Source: the human T2T-CHM13v2.0 reference genome, Homo sapiens
Direction: 5' to 3' (one strand)
DNA length: 64,000 nt
NCBI RefSeq assembly: GCF_009914755.1
Contig: NC_060947.1
Part shown: positions 27,401 to 40,900 of the stretch, one piece after another
Numbering within the stretch: position 1 is the stretch's first letter
How the letters are laid out: each line of letters opens with the position of its first letter
The notes under the pieces: model-generated
The model's database searches: none
What the model was told of the DNA's origin: nothing
Seen by the model: the letters and a program-made list of their open reading frames with translations, nothing else
Position numbers and translations under genes: made by a program

Positions 27401-30400
27401 ATCCCGTTTCCAACGAAACCTTCAAAGAGGTCCAAATATCCCCTTGCGGATCCCACAGAAAGAGTGTTTCGAAACTGCTGTTTCAAAAGGAATCTTCAAC
27501 TCTGTGAGTTGAATGCAATCATCACAAAGAAGTTTCTGACAATGCTTCTCTCTCGTCTTTCTGTGAAGATAAAGGAAAAGGCTTTCAGGCCTTTGCCACC
27601 ACAGGCCTGAAAGCGCTCCAAATGTCCACTTGCAGATTCTGCGAAAAGAATATTTCAAAACTGCTCTATGAAAAGCAATGTTAAACTCTGTGGCTGGAAC
27701 ACAAACATCACAAAGCGGTTTCTGAGAATGTTTCAGTTTAGTTTTTCTGTGGAAATATTCCCGTTTCCAAAGAAATCTTCAAAGAGGTCCACGTATCCAC
27801 TTACAGATTCTACAAAAAGACAGTTTCAAAACTGCTCCATCAAAAGGAGGGTTCAACTGTGTGACTTGAATGCAATCATCACTCAGAAGTTTCTGAGAAT
27901 GCTTCTCTTTAGTTTTTACGTGAACATATACCCGTTTCGAACGAAGGCCACCCAGTGGTCCAAATATCCACTTGCAGATTATACAGAAAGAGTGTTTCGA
28001 ACCTGAACTCTCAAAGGCAGGTTCATCTCTGCGAGTTAAATGCATTCATCATGAAGAACTTTCTCAGAGTGTTTGTGTTTAGTTATGGGAAATTATTCCC
28101 GTTTCCAACGAAATCCTCAGAGTGGTCCAAATATCCACCTGCAGATTCTACCAAAAGTCGATTTGGAAACTGCTCCATCAAAAGGCATGTTCAGCTCTGT
28201 GAGTGAAACTCCATCATCACAAAGAATATTCTGAGAATGCTTTCGTTTGCCTTTTATCTGAAGTTCCTTCCTATACGACCGTAGGCCTCAAAGCAGTCCA
28301 AATCTCCATTTGCAGATTCTACAAAAAGAGTGATTCCAATCTGCTCTATCAATAGGATTGTTCAACTCCATGAGTTGAATGCCATCCTCACAAAGTAGTT
28401 TCTGAGAATGCTTCTATCTAGTTTTTATGTGAAGGTATTTCCTTTTCCACCACAGGCCTCCAAGCCCTCCAAACGTCCACTTGCAGATTCTCGAAAAAGA
28501 GTGTTTCATAGCTGCTCTTTCAAAAGGAAAGTTCAACTCTGGGAGTTGAATACAAACATCACAAAGTAGTTTCCGAGAATGCTTCTGTTTAGTTTTTATG
28601 TGAAGATGATCCCGTTTCCAGTGAAATCTTCAAAGAGGTCCACATATCCCCTTGCAGATTCCAAAGAAAGAGGGTTTCAAAACTGCTCCATCAGAAGGAT
28701 TGTTCAACTCTGTGAGTTGAATGCAGTCATCGCAGAAAACTTTCTGAGAATGCTTCTGTCTAGGTTTGATGTGAAGATATAGACGTTTCAAATGAAGGCT
28801 ACAAAGTGGTCAAAATATACACTTGCAGATTCTACTACAAGGGTGTTGCAAACCTGAACTATCAAAGGAAGGTTCAACTCTGTGAGTTGAATACAAACAT
28901 CACAAAGAATGTTCTGAGTTTGCTTCCGTTCAGTTATGGGAAGTTGATCCCGTTTCCAACGAAATCCTCAGAGAGGTCCAAATATCCCCTCGCAGATTCT
29001 ACAAAACGTGTGTTTGGAAACTGCTCCATCATAACGAATGTTCAGCTCCCTGAGTTAAACTCCATCGTCACAAAGAATTTTCTGAGAGTGCTACCGTCTG
29101 GTTTTTATATGAAGTTCTTTCCTTCACTACCACAGGCCTCAAAGCGGTCCAAATCTCCACTTGCAGATTCTACAAAAAGAGTGTTTGCAAACTGCTCTAT
29201 CAAAAGGAATGTTCAACTCTGGGAGTTGAATGCAATCATCACAGAGCAGTTTCTGAGAATGCTTCTATGTCGTTTTTAGGAGAAGATATTTCCTTTTCCA
29301 ACACAGTCCTCCAAGCCCGCTAAATAGCCACTTGCACATTGTAGAAAAAGTGTGTCAAAGCTGCGCTATCAAAGGGAAAGTTCAACTCTGTGAGGTGAAT
29401 GCAAACATCCCAAAGAAGTTTCTGAGAATGCTTCCGTTTAGCTTTTAGGTGAAGATTATCCCGTTTCCAACGAAACCTTCAAAGAGGTCCAAATATCCCC
29501 TTGCGGATCCCACAGAAAGAGTGTTTCGAAACTGCTGTTTCAAAAGGAATCTTCAACTCTGTGAGTTGAATGCAATCATCACAAAGAAGTTTCTGACAAT
29601 GCTTCTCTCTCGTCTTTCTGTGAAGATAAAGGAAAAGGCTTTCAGGCCTTTTCCACCACAGGCCTGAAAGCGCTCCAAATGTCCACTTGCAGATTCTGCG
29701 AAAAGAATATTTCAAAACTGCTCTATGAAAAGCAATGTTAAACTCTGTGGCTGGAACACAAACATCACAAAGCGGTTTCTGAGAATGTTTCAGTTTAGTT
29801 TTTCTGTGGAAATATTCCCGTTTCCAAAGAAATCTTCAAAGAGGTCCACGTATCCACTTACAGATTCTACAAAAAGACAGTTTCAAAACTGCTCCATCAA
29901 AAGGAGGGTTCAACTGTGTGACTTGAATGCAATCATCACTCAGAAGTTTCTGAGAATGCTTCTCTTTAGTTTTTACGTGAACATATACCCATTTCGAACG
30001 AAGGCCACCCAGTGGTCCAAATATCCACTTGCAGATTATACAGAAAGAGTGTTTCGAACCTGAACTCTCAAAGGCAGGTTCATCTCTGCGAGTTAAATGC
30101 ATTCATCATGAAGAACTTTCTCAGAGTGTTTGTGTTTAGTTATGGGAAATTATTCCCGTTTCCAACGAAATCCTCAGAGAGCTCCAAATATCCACCTGCA
30201 GATTCTACCAAAAGTGTATTTGGAAACTGCTCCATCAAAAGGCATGTTCAGCTCTGTGAGTGAAACTCCATCATCACAAAGAATATTCTGAGAATGCTTC
30301 CGTTTGCCTTTTATCTGAAGTTCCTTCCTATACGACCGTAGGCCTCAAAGCAGTCCAAATCTCCATTTGCAGATTCTACAAAAAGAGTGATTCCAATCTG

Positions 30401-32912
30401 CTCTATCAATAGGATTGTTCAACTCCATGAGTTGAATGCCATCCTCACAAAGTCGTTTCTGAGAATGCTTCTATCTAGTTTTTATGTGAAGGTATTTCCT
30501 TTTCCACCACAGGCCTCAAAGCCCTCCAAACGTCCACTTGCAGATTCTCGAAAAAGAGTGTTTCATAGCTGCTCTTTCAAAAGGAAAGTTCAACTCTGGG
30601 AGTTGAATACAAACATCACAAAGTAGTTTCCGAGAATGCTTCTGTTTAGTTTTTATGTGAAGATGATCCCGTTTCCAGTGAAATCTTCAAAGAGGTCCAC
30701 ATATCCCCTTGCAGATTCCAAAGAAAGAGGGTTTCAAAACTGCTCCATCAGAAGGATTGTTCAACTCTGTGAGTTGAATGCAGTCATCGCAGAAAACTTT
30801 CTGAGAATGCTTCTGTCTAGGTTTGATGTGAAGATATAGACGTTTCAAACGAAGGCTACAAAGTGGTCAAAATATACACTTGCAGATTCTACTACAAGGG
30901 TGTTGCAAACCTGAACTATCAAAGGAAGGTTCAACTCTGTGAATTGAATACAAACATCACAAAGAATGTTCTGAGTTTGCTTCCGTTCAGTTATGGGAAG
31001 TTGATCCCGTTTCCAACGAAATCCTCAGAGAGGTCCAAATATCCCCTCGCAGATTCTACAAAACGTGTGTTTGGAAACTGCTCCATCATAACGAATGTTC
31101 AGCTCCCTGAGTTAAACTCCATCGTCACAAAGAATTTTCTGAGAGTGCTACCGTCTGGTTTTTATATGAAGTTCTTTCCTTCACTACCACAGGCCCCAAA
31201 GCGGTCCAAATCTCCACTTGCAGATTCTACAAAAAGAGTGTTTGCAAACTGCTCTATCAAAAGGAATGTTCAACTCTGGGAGTTGAATGCAATCATCACA
31301 GAGCAGTTTCTGAGAATGCTTCTATGTCGTTTTTAGGAGAAGATATTTCCTTTTCCAACACAGTCCTCCAAGCCCGCTAAATAGCCACTTGCACATTGTA
31401 GAAAAAGTGTGTCAAAGCTGCGCTATCAAAGGGAAAGTTCAACTCTGTGAGGTGAATGCAAACATCCCAAAGAAGTTTCTGAGAATGCTTCCGTTTAGCT
31501 TTTAGGTGAAGATTATCCCGTTTCCAACGAAACCTTCAAAGAGGTCCAAATATCCCCTTGCGGATCCCACAGAAAGAGTGTTTCGAAACTGCTGTTTCAA
31601 AAGGAATCTTCAACTCTGTGAGTTGAATGCAATCATCACAAAGAAGTTTCTGACAATGCTTCTCTCTCGTCTTTCTGTGAAGATAAAGGAAAAGGCTTTC
31701 AGGCCTTTTCCACCACAGGCCTGAAAGCGCTCCAAATGTCCACTTGCAGATTCTGCCAAAAGAATATTTCAAAACTGCTCTATGAAAAGCAATGTTAAAC
31801 TCTGTGGCTGGAACACAAACATCACAAAGCGGTTTCTGAGAATGTTTAAGTTTAGTTTTTCTGTGGAAATATTCCCGTTTCCAAAGAAATCTTCAAAGAG
31901 GTCCACGTATCCACTTACAGATTCTACAAAAAGACAGTTTCAAAACTGCTCCATCAAAAGGAGGGTTCAACTGTGTGACTTGAATGCAATCATCACTCAG
32001 AAGTTTCTGAGAATGCTTCTCTTTAGTTTTTACGTGAACATATACCCGTTTCGAACGAAGGCCACCCAGTGGTCCAAATATCCACTTGCAGATTATACAG
32101 AAAGAGTGTTTCGAACCTGAACTCTCAAAGGCAGGTTCATCTCTGCGAGTTAAATGCATTCATCATGAAGAACTTTCTCAGAGTGTTTGTGTTTAGTTAT
32201 GGGAAATTATTCCCGTTTCCAACGAAATCCTCAGAGAGCTCCAAATATCCACCTGCAGATTCTACCAAAAGTGTATTTGGAAACTGCTCCATCAAAAGGC
32301 ATGTTCAGCTCTGTGAGTGAAACTCCATCATCACAAAGAATATTCTGAGAATGCTTCCGTTTGCCTTTTATATGAAGTTCCTTCCTGTACTACCGTAGGC
32401 CTCAAAGCAGTCCAAATCTCCATTTGCAGATTCTACAAAAAGAGTGATTCCAATCTGCTCTATCAATAGGATTGTTCAACTCCATGAGTTGAATGCCATC
32501 CTCACAAAGTCGTTTCTGAGAATGCTTCTATCTGGTTTTTGTGTGAAGATATTTCCTTTTCCACCACAGGCCTCAAAGCCCTCCAAACGTCCACTTGCAG
32601 ATTCTCGAAAAAGAGTGTTTCATAGCTGCTCTTTCAAAAGGAAAGTTCAACTCTGGGAGTTGAATACAAACATCACAAAATAGTTTCCGAGAATGCTTCT
32701 GTTTAGTTTTTATGTGAAGATGATCCCGTTTCCAGTGAAATCTTCAAAGAGGTCCACATATCCCCTTGCAGATTCCAAAGAAAGAGGGTTTCAAAACTGC
32801 TCCATCAGAAGGATTGTTCAACTCTGTGAGTTGAATGCAGTCATCGCAGAAAACTTTCTGAGAATGCTTCTGTCTAGGTTTGATGTGAAGATATAGACGT
32901 TTCAAACGAAGG

Positions 32913-34962
32913 CTACAAAGTGGTCAAAATATACACTTGCAGATTCTACTACAAGGGTGTTGCGAACCTGAACTATCAAAGGAAGGTTCAACTCTGTGAA
33001 TTGAATACAAACATCACAAAGAATGTTCTGAGTTTGCTTCCGTTCAGTTATGGGAAGTTGATCCCGTTTCCAACGAAATCCTCAGAGAGGTCCAAATATC
33101 CCCTCGCAGATTCTACAAAACGTGTGTTTGGAAACTGCTCCATCATAACGAATGTTCAGCTCCCTGAGTTAAACTCCATCGTCACAAAGAATTTTCTGAG
33201 AGTGCTACCGTCTGGTTTTTATATGAAGTTCTTTCCTTCACTACCACAGGCCTCAAAGCGGTCCAAATCTCCACTTGCAGATTCTACAAAAAGAGTGTTT
33301 GCAAACTGCTCTATCAAAAGGAATGTTCAACTCTGGGAGTTGAATGCAATCATCACAGAGCAGTTTCTGAGAATGCTTCTATGTCGTTTTTAGGAGAAGA
33401 TATTTCCTTTTCCAACACAGTCCTCCAAGCCCGCTAAATAGCCACTTGCACATTGTAGAAAAAGTGTGTCAAAGCTGCGCTATCAAAGGGAAAGTTCAAC
33501 TCTGTGAGGTGAATGCAAACATCCCAAAGAAGTTTCTGAGAATGCTTCCGTTTAGCTTTTAGGTGAAGATTATCCCGTTTCCAACGAAACCTTCAAAGAG
33601 GTCCAAATATCCCCTTGCGGATCCCACAGAAAGAGTGTTTCGAAACTGCTGTTTCAAAAGGAATCTTCAACTCTGTGAGTTGAATGCAATCATCACAAAG
33701 AAGTTTCTGACAATGCTTCTCTTTCTGTGAAGATAAAGGAAAAGGCTTTCAGGCCTTTTCCACCACAGGCCTGAAAGCGCTCCAAATGTCCACTTGCAGA
33801 TTCTGCCAAAAGAATATTTCAAAACTGCTCTATGAAAAGCAATGTTAAACTCTGTGGCTGGAACACAAACATCACAAAGCGGTTTCTGAGAATGTTTCAG
33901 TTTAGTTTTTCTGTGGAAATATTCCCGTTTCCAAAGAAATCTTCAAAGAGGTCCACGTATCCACTTACAGATTCTACAAAAAGACAGTTTCAAAACTGCT
34001 CCATCAAAAGGAGGGTTCAACTGTGTGACTTGAATGCAATCATCACTCAGAAGTTTCTGAGAATGCTTCTCTTTAGTTTTTACGTGAACATATACCCGTT
34101 TCGAACGAAGGCCACCCAGTGGTCCAAATATCCACTTGCAGATTATACAGAAAGAGTGTTTCGAACCTGAACTCTCAAAGGCAGGTTCATCTCTGCGAGT
34201 TAAATGCATTCATCATGAAGAACTTTCTCAGAGTGTTTGTGTTTAGTTATGGGAAATTATTCCCGTTTCCAACGAAATCCTCAGAGAGCTCCAAATATCC
34301 ACCTGCAGATTCTACCAAAAGTGTATTTGGAAACTGCTCCATCAAAAGGCATGTTCAGCTCTGTCAGTGAAGCTCCATCATCACAAAGAATATTCTGAGA
34401 ATGCTTCCGTTTGCCTTTTATATGAAGTTCCTTCCTGTACTACCGTAGGCCTCAAAGCAGTCCAAATCTCCATTTGCAGATTCTACAAAAAGAGTGATTC
34501 CAATCTGCTCTATCAATAGGATTGTTCAACTCCATGAGTTGAATGCCATCCTCACAAAGTAGTTTCTGAGAATGCTTCTATCTGGTTTTTGTGTGAAGAT
34601 ATTTCCTTTTCCACCACAGGCCTCAAAGCCCTCCAAACGTCCACTTGCAGATTCTCGAAAAAGAGTGTTTCATAGCTGCTCTTTCAAAAGGAAAGTTCAA
34701 CTCTGGGAGTTGAATGCAAACATCACAAAATAGTTTCTGAGAATGCTTCTGTTTAGTTTTTATATGAAGATGATCCCGTTTCCAGTGAAATCTTCAAAGA
34801 GGTCCACATATCCCCTTGCAGATTCCAAAGAAAGAGGGTTTCAAAACTGCTCCATCAGAAGGATTGTTCAACTCTGTGAGTTGAATGCAGTCATCGCAGA
34901 AAACTTTCTGAGAATGCTTCTGTCTAGGTTTGATGTGAAGATATAGACGTTTCAAACGAAGG
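32913..34962 (-). repeat. Variant HOR copy 17, 2,050 bp (7-bp deletion)
   Basis: caatgcttctctttctgtg instead of caatgcttctctctcgtctttctgtg; all downstream coordinates shift by -7. Confidence 0.95.
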
Positions 34963-37900
34963 CTACAAAGTGGTCAAAATATACACTTGCAGATTCTACT
35001 ACAAGGGTGTTGCAAACCTGAACTATCAAAGGAAGGTTCAACTCTGTGAGTTGAATACAAACATCACAAAGAATGTTCTGAGTTTGCTTCCGTTCAGTTA
35101 TGGGAAGTTGATCCCGTTTCCAACGAAATCCTCAGAGAGGTCCAAATATCCCCTCGCAGATTCTACAAAACGTGTGTTTGGAAACTGCTCCATCATAACG
35201 AATGTTCAGCTCCCTGAGTTAAACTCCATCGTCACAAAGAATTTTCTGAGAGTGCTACCGTCTGGTTTTTATATGAAGTGATTTCCTTCACTACCACAGG
35301 CCTCAAAGCGGTCCAAATCTCCACTTGCAGATTCTACAAAAAGAGTGTTTGCAAACTGCTCTATCAAAAGGAATGTTCAACTCTGGGAGTTGAATGCAAT
35401 CATCACAGAGCAGTTTCTGAGAATGCTTCTATGTCGTTTTTAGGAGAAGATATTTCCTTTTCCAACACAGTCCTCCAAGCCCGCTAAATAGCCACTTGCA
35501 CATTGTAGAAAAAGTGTGTCAAAGCTGCGCTATCAAAGGGAAAGTTCAACTCTGTGAGGTGAATGCAAACATCCCAAAGAAGTTTCTGAGAATGCTTCCG
35601 TTTAGCTTTTAGGTGAAGATTATCCCGTTTCCAACGAAACCTTCAAAGAGGTCCAAATATCCCCTTGCGGATCCCACAGAAAGAGTGTTTCGAAACTGCT
35701 GTTTCAAAAGGAATCTTCAACTCTGTGAGTTGAATGCAATCATCACAAAGAAGTTTCTGACAATGCTTCTCTCTCGTCTTTCTGTGAAGATAAAGGAAAA
35801 GGCTTTCAGGCCTTTTCCACCACAGGCCTGAAAGCGCTCCAAATGTCCACTTGCAGATTCTGCGAAAAGAATATTTCAAAACTGCTCTATGAAAAGCAAT
35901 GTTAAACTCTGTGGCTGGAACACAAACATCACAAAGCGGTTTCTGAGAATGTTTCAGTTTAGTTTTTCTGTGGAAATATTCCCGTTTCCAAAGAAATCTT
36001 CAAAGAGGTCCACGTATCCACTTACAGATTCTACAAAAAGACAGTTTCAAAACTGCTCCATCAAAAGGAGGGTTCAACTGTGTGACTTGAATGCAATCAT
36101 CACTCAGAAGTTTCTGAGAATGCTTCTCTTTAGTTTTTACGTGAACATATACCCGTTTCGAACGAACGCCACCCAGTGGTCCAAATATCCACTTGCAGAT
36201 TATACAGAAAGAGTGTTTCGAACCTGAACTCTCAAAGGCAGGTTCATCTCTGCGAGTTAAATGCATTCATCATGAAGAACTTTCTCAGAGTGTTTGTGTT
36301 TAGTTATGGGAAATTATTCCCGTTTCCAACGAAATCCTCAGAGTGGTCCAAATATCCACCTGCAGATTCTACCAAAAGTGTATTTGGAAACTGCTCCATC
36401 AAAAGGCATGTTCAGCTCTGTGAGTGAAACTCCATCATCACAAAGAATATTCTGAGAATGCTTCCGTTTGCCTTTTATCTGAAGTTCCTTCCTATACGAC
36501 CGTAGGCCTCAAAGCAGTCCAAATCTCCATTTGCAGATTCTACAAAAAGAGTGATTCCAATCTGCTCTATCAATAGGATTGTTCAACTCCATGAGTTGAA
36601 TGCCATCCTCACAAAGTCGTTTCTGAGAATGCTTCTATCTAGTTTTTATGTGAAGGTATTTCCTTTTCCACCACAGGCCTCAAAGCCCTCCAAACGTCCA
36701 CTTGCAGATTCTCGAAAAAGAGTGTTTCATAGCTGCTCTTTCAAAAGGAAAGTTCAACTCTGGGAGTTGAATACAAACATCACAAAGTAGTTTCCGAGAA
36801 TGCTTCTGTTTAGTTTTTATGTGAAGATGATCCCGTTTCCAGTGAAATCTTCAAAGAGGTCCACATATCCCCTTGCAGATTCCAAAGAAAGAGGGTTTCA
36901 AAACTGCTCCATCAGAAGGATTGTTCAACTCTGTGAGTTGAATGCAGTCATCGCAGAAAACTTTCTGAGAATGCTTCTGTCTAGGTTTGATGTGAAGATA
37001 TAGACGTTTCAAACGAAGGCTACAAAGTGGTCAAAATATACACTTGCAGATTCTACTACAAGGGTGTTGCAAACCTGAACTATCAAAGGAAGGTTCAACT
37101 CTGTGAATTGAATACAAACATCACAAAGAATGTTCTGAGTTTGCTTCCGTTCAGTTATGGGAAGTTGATCCCGTTTCCAACGAAATCCTCAGAGAGGTCC
37201 AAATATCCCCTCGCAGATTCTACAAAACGTGTGTTTGGAAACTGCTCCATCATAACGAATGTTCAGCTCCCTGAGTTAAACTCCATCGTCACAAAGAATT
37301 TTCTGAGAGTGCTACCGTCTGGTTTTTATATGAAGTTCTTTCCTTCACTACCACAGGCCTCAAAGCGGTCCAAATCTCCACTTGCAGATTCTACAAAAAG
37401 AGTGTTTGCAAACTGCTCTATCAAAAGGAATGTTCAACTCTGGGAGTTGAATGCAATCATCACAGAGCAGTTTCTGAGAATGCTTCTATGTCGTTTTTAG
37501 GAGAAGATATTTCCTTTTCCAACACAGTCCTCCAAGCCCGCTAAATAGCCACTTGCACATTGTAGAAAAAGTGTGTCAAAGCTGCGCTATCAAAGGGAAA
37601 GTTCAACTCTGTGAGGTGAATGCAAACATCCCAAAGAAGTTTCTGAGAATGCTTCCGTTTAGCTTTTAGGTGAAGATTATCCCGTTTCCAACGAAACCTT
37701 CAAAGAGGTCCAAATATCCCCTTGCGGATCCCACAGAAAGAGTGTTTCGAAACTGCTGTTTCAAAAGGAATCTTCAACTCTGTGAGTTGAATGCAATCAT
37801 CACAAAGAAGTTTCTGACAATGCTTCTCTCTCGTCTTTCTGTGAAGATAAAGGAAAAGGCTTTCAGGCCTTTTCCACCACAGGCCTGAAAGCGCTCCAAA

Positions 37901-40900
37901 TGTCCACTTGCAGATTCTGCCAAAAGAATATTTCAAAACTGCTCTATGAAAAGCAATGTTAAACTCTGTGGCTGGAACACAAACATCACAAAGCGGTTTC
38001 TGAGAATGTTTAAGTTTAGTTTTTCTGTGGAAATATTCCCGTTTCCAAAGAAATCTTCAAAGAGGTCCACGTATCCACTTACAGATTCTACAAAAAGACA
38101 GTTTCAAAACTGCTCCATCAAAAGGAGGGTTCAACTGTGTGACTTGAATGCAATCATCACTCAGAAGTTTCTGAGAATGCTTCTCTTTAGTTTTTACGTG
38201 AACATATACCCGTTTCGAACGAAGGCCACCCAGTGGTCCAAATATCCACTTGCAGATTATACAGAAAGAGTGTTTCGAACCTGAACTCTCAAAGGCAGGT
38301 TCATCTCTGCAAGTTAAATGCATTCATCATGAAGAACTTTCTCAGAGTGTTTGTGTTTAGTTATGGGAAATTATTCCCGTTTCCAACGAAATCCTCAGAG
38401 AGCTCCAAATATCCACCTGCTGATTCTACCAAAAGTGTATTTGGAAACTGCTCCATCAAAAGGCATGTTCAGGTCTGTGAGTGAAACTCCATCATCACAA
38501 AGAATATTCTGAGAATGCTTCCGTTTGCCTTTTATATGAAGTTCCTTCCTGTACTACCGTAGGCCTCAAAGCAGTCCAAATCTCCATTTGCAGATTCTAC
38601 AAAAAGAGTGATTCCAATCTGCTCTATCAATAGGATTGTTCAACTCCATGAGTTGAATGCCATCCTCACAAAGTCGTTTCTGAGAATGCTTCTATCTGGT
38701 TTTTGTGTGAAGATATTTCCTTTTCCACCACAGGCCTCAAAGCCCTCCAAACGTCCACTTGCAGATTCTCGAAAAAGAGTGTTTCATAGCTGCTCTTTCA
38801 AAAGGAAAGTTCAACTCTGGGAGTTGAATACAAACATCACAAAATAGTTTCCGAGAATGCTTCTGTTTAGTTTTTATGTGAAGATGATCCCGTTTCCAGT
38901 GAAATCTTCAAAGAGGTCCACATATCCCCTTGCAGATTCCAAAGAAAGAGGGTTTAAAAACTGCTCCATCAGAAGGATTGTTCAACTCTGTGAGTTGAAT
39001 GCAGTCATCGCAGAAAACTTTCTGAGAATGCTTCTGTCTAGGTTTGATGTGAAGATATAGACGTTTCAAACGAAGGCTACAAAGTGGTCAAAATATACAC
39101 TTGCAGATTCTACTACAAGGGTGTTGCAAACCTGAACTATCAAAGGAAGGTTCAACTCTGTGAATTGAATACAAACATCACAAAGAATGTTCTGAGTTTG
39201 CTTCCGTTCAGTTATGGGAAGTTGATCCCGTTTCCAACGAAATCCTCAGAGAGGTCCAAATATCCCCTCGCAGATTCTACAAAACGTGTGTTTGGAAACT
39301 GCTCCATCATAACGAATGTTCAGCTCCCTGAGTTAAACTCCATCGTCACAAAGAATTTTCTGAGAGTGCTACCGTCTGGTTTTTATATGAAGTTCTTTCC
39401 TTCACTACCACAGGCCTCAAAGCGGTCCAAATCTCCACTTGCAGATTCTACAAAAAGAGTGTTTGCAAACTGCTCTATCAAAAGGAATGTTCAACTCTGG
39501 GAGTTGAATGCAATCATCACAGAGCAGTTTCTGAGAATGCTTCTATGTCGTTTTTAGGAGAAGATATTTCCTTTTCCAACACAGTCCTCCAAGCCCGCTA
39601 AATAGCCACTTGCACATTGTAGAAAAAGTGTGTCAAAGCTGCGCTATCAAAGGGAAAGTTCAACTCTGTGAGGTGAATGCAAACATCCCAAAGAAGTTTC
39701 TGAGAATGCTTCCGTTTAGCTTTTAGGTGAAGATTATCCCGTTTCCAACGAAACCTTCAAAGAGGTCCAAATATCCCCTTGCGGATCCCACAGAAAGAGT
39801 GTTTCGAAACTGCTGTTTCAAAAGGAATCTTCAACTCTGTGAGTTGAATGCAATCATCACAAAGAAGTTTCTGACAATGCTTCTCTCTCGTCTTTCTGTG
39901 AAGATAAAGGAAAAGGCTTTCAGGCCTTTTCCACCACAGGCCTGAAAGCGCTCCAAATGTCCACTTGCAGATTCTGCCAAAAGAATATTTCAAAACTGCT
40001 CTATGAAAAGCAATGTTAAACTCTGTGGCTGGAACACAAACATCACAAAGCGGTTTCTGAGAATGTTTCAGTTTAGTTTTTCTGTGGAAATATTCCCGTT
40101 TCCAAAGAAATCTTCAAAGAGGTCCACGTATCCACTTACAGATTCTACAAAAAGACAGTTTCAAAACTGCTCCATCAAAAGGAGGGTTCAACTGTGTGAC
40201 TTGAATGCAATCATCACTCAGAAGTTTCTGAGAATGCTTCTCTTTAGTTTTTACGTGAACATATACCCGTTTCGAACGAAGGCCACCCAGTGGTCCAAAT
40301 ATCCACTTGCAGATTATACAGAAAGAGTGTTTCGAACCTGAACTCTCAAAGGCAGGTTCATCTCTGCGAGTTAAATGCATTCATCATGAAGAACTTTCTC
40401 AGAGTGTTTGTGCTTAGTTATGGGAAATTATTCCCGTTTCCAACGAAATCCTCAGAGTGGTCCAAATATCCACCTGCAGATTCTACCAAAAGTGTATTTG
40501 GAAACTGCTCCATCAAAAGGCATGTTCAGCTCTGTGAGTGAAACTCCATCATCACAAAGAATATTCTGAGAATGCTTCCGTTTGCCTTTTATCTGAAGTT
40601 CCTTCCTATACGACCGTAGGCCTCAAAGCAGTCCAAATCTCCATTTGCAGATTCTACAAAAAGAGTGATTCCAATCTGCTCTATCAATAGGATTGTTCAA
40701 CTCCATGAGTTGAATGCCATCCTCACAAAGTCGTTTCTGAGAATGCTTCTATCTAGTTTTTATGTGAAGATATTTCCTTTTCCACCACAGGCCTCAAAGC
40801 CCTCCAAACGTCCACTTGCAGATTCTCGAAAAAGAGTGTTTTATAGCTGCTCTTTCAAAAGGAAAGTTCAACTCTGGGAGTTGAATACAAACATCACAAA

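Noticed and set aside
38417-38422. Loss of the per-HOR PstI site in copy 19 (ctgctg)
   Set aside because: An ordinary single substitution, useful only as a restriction marker.
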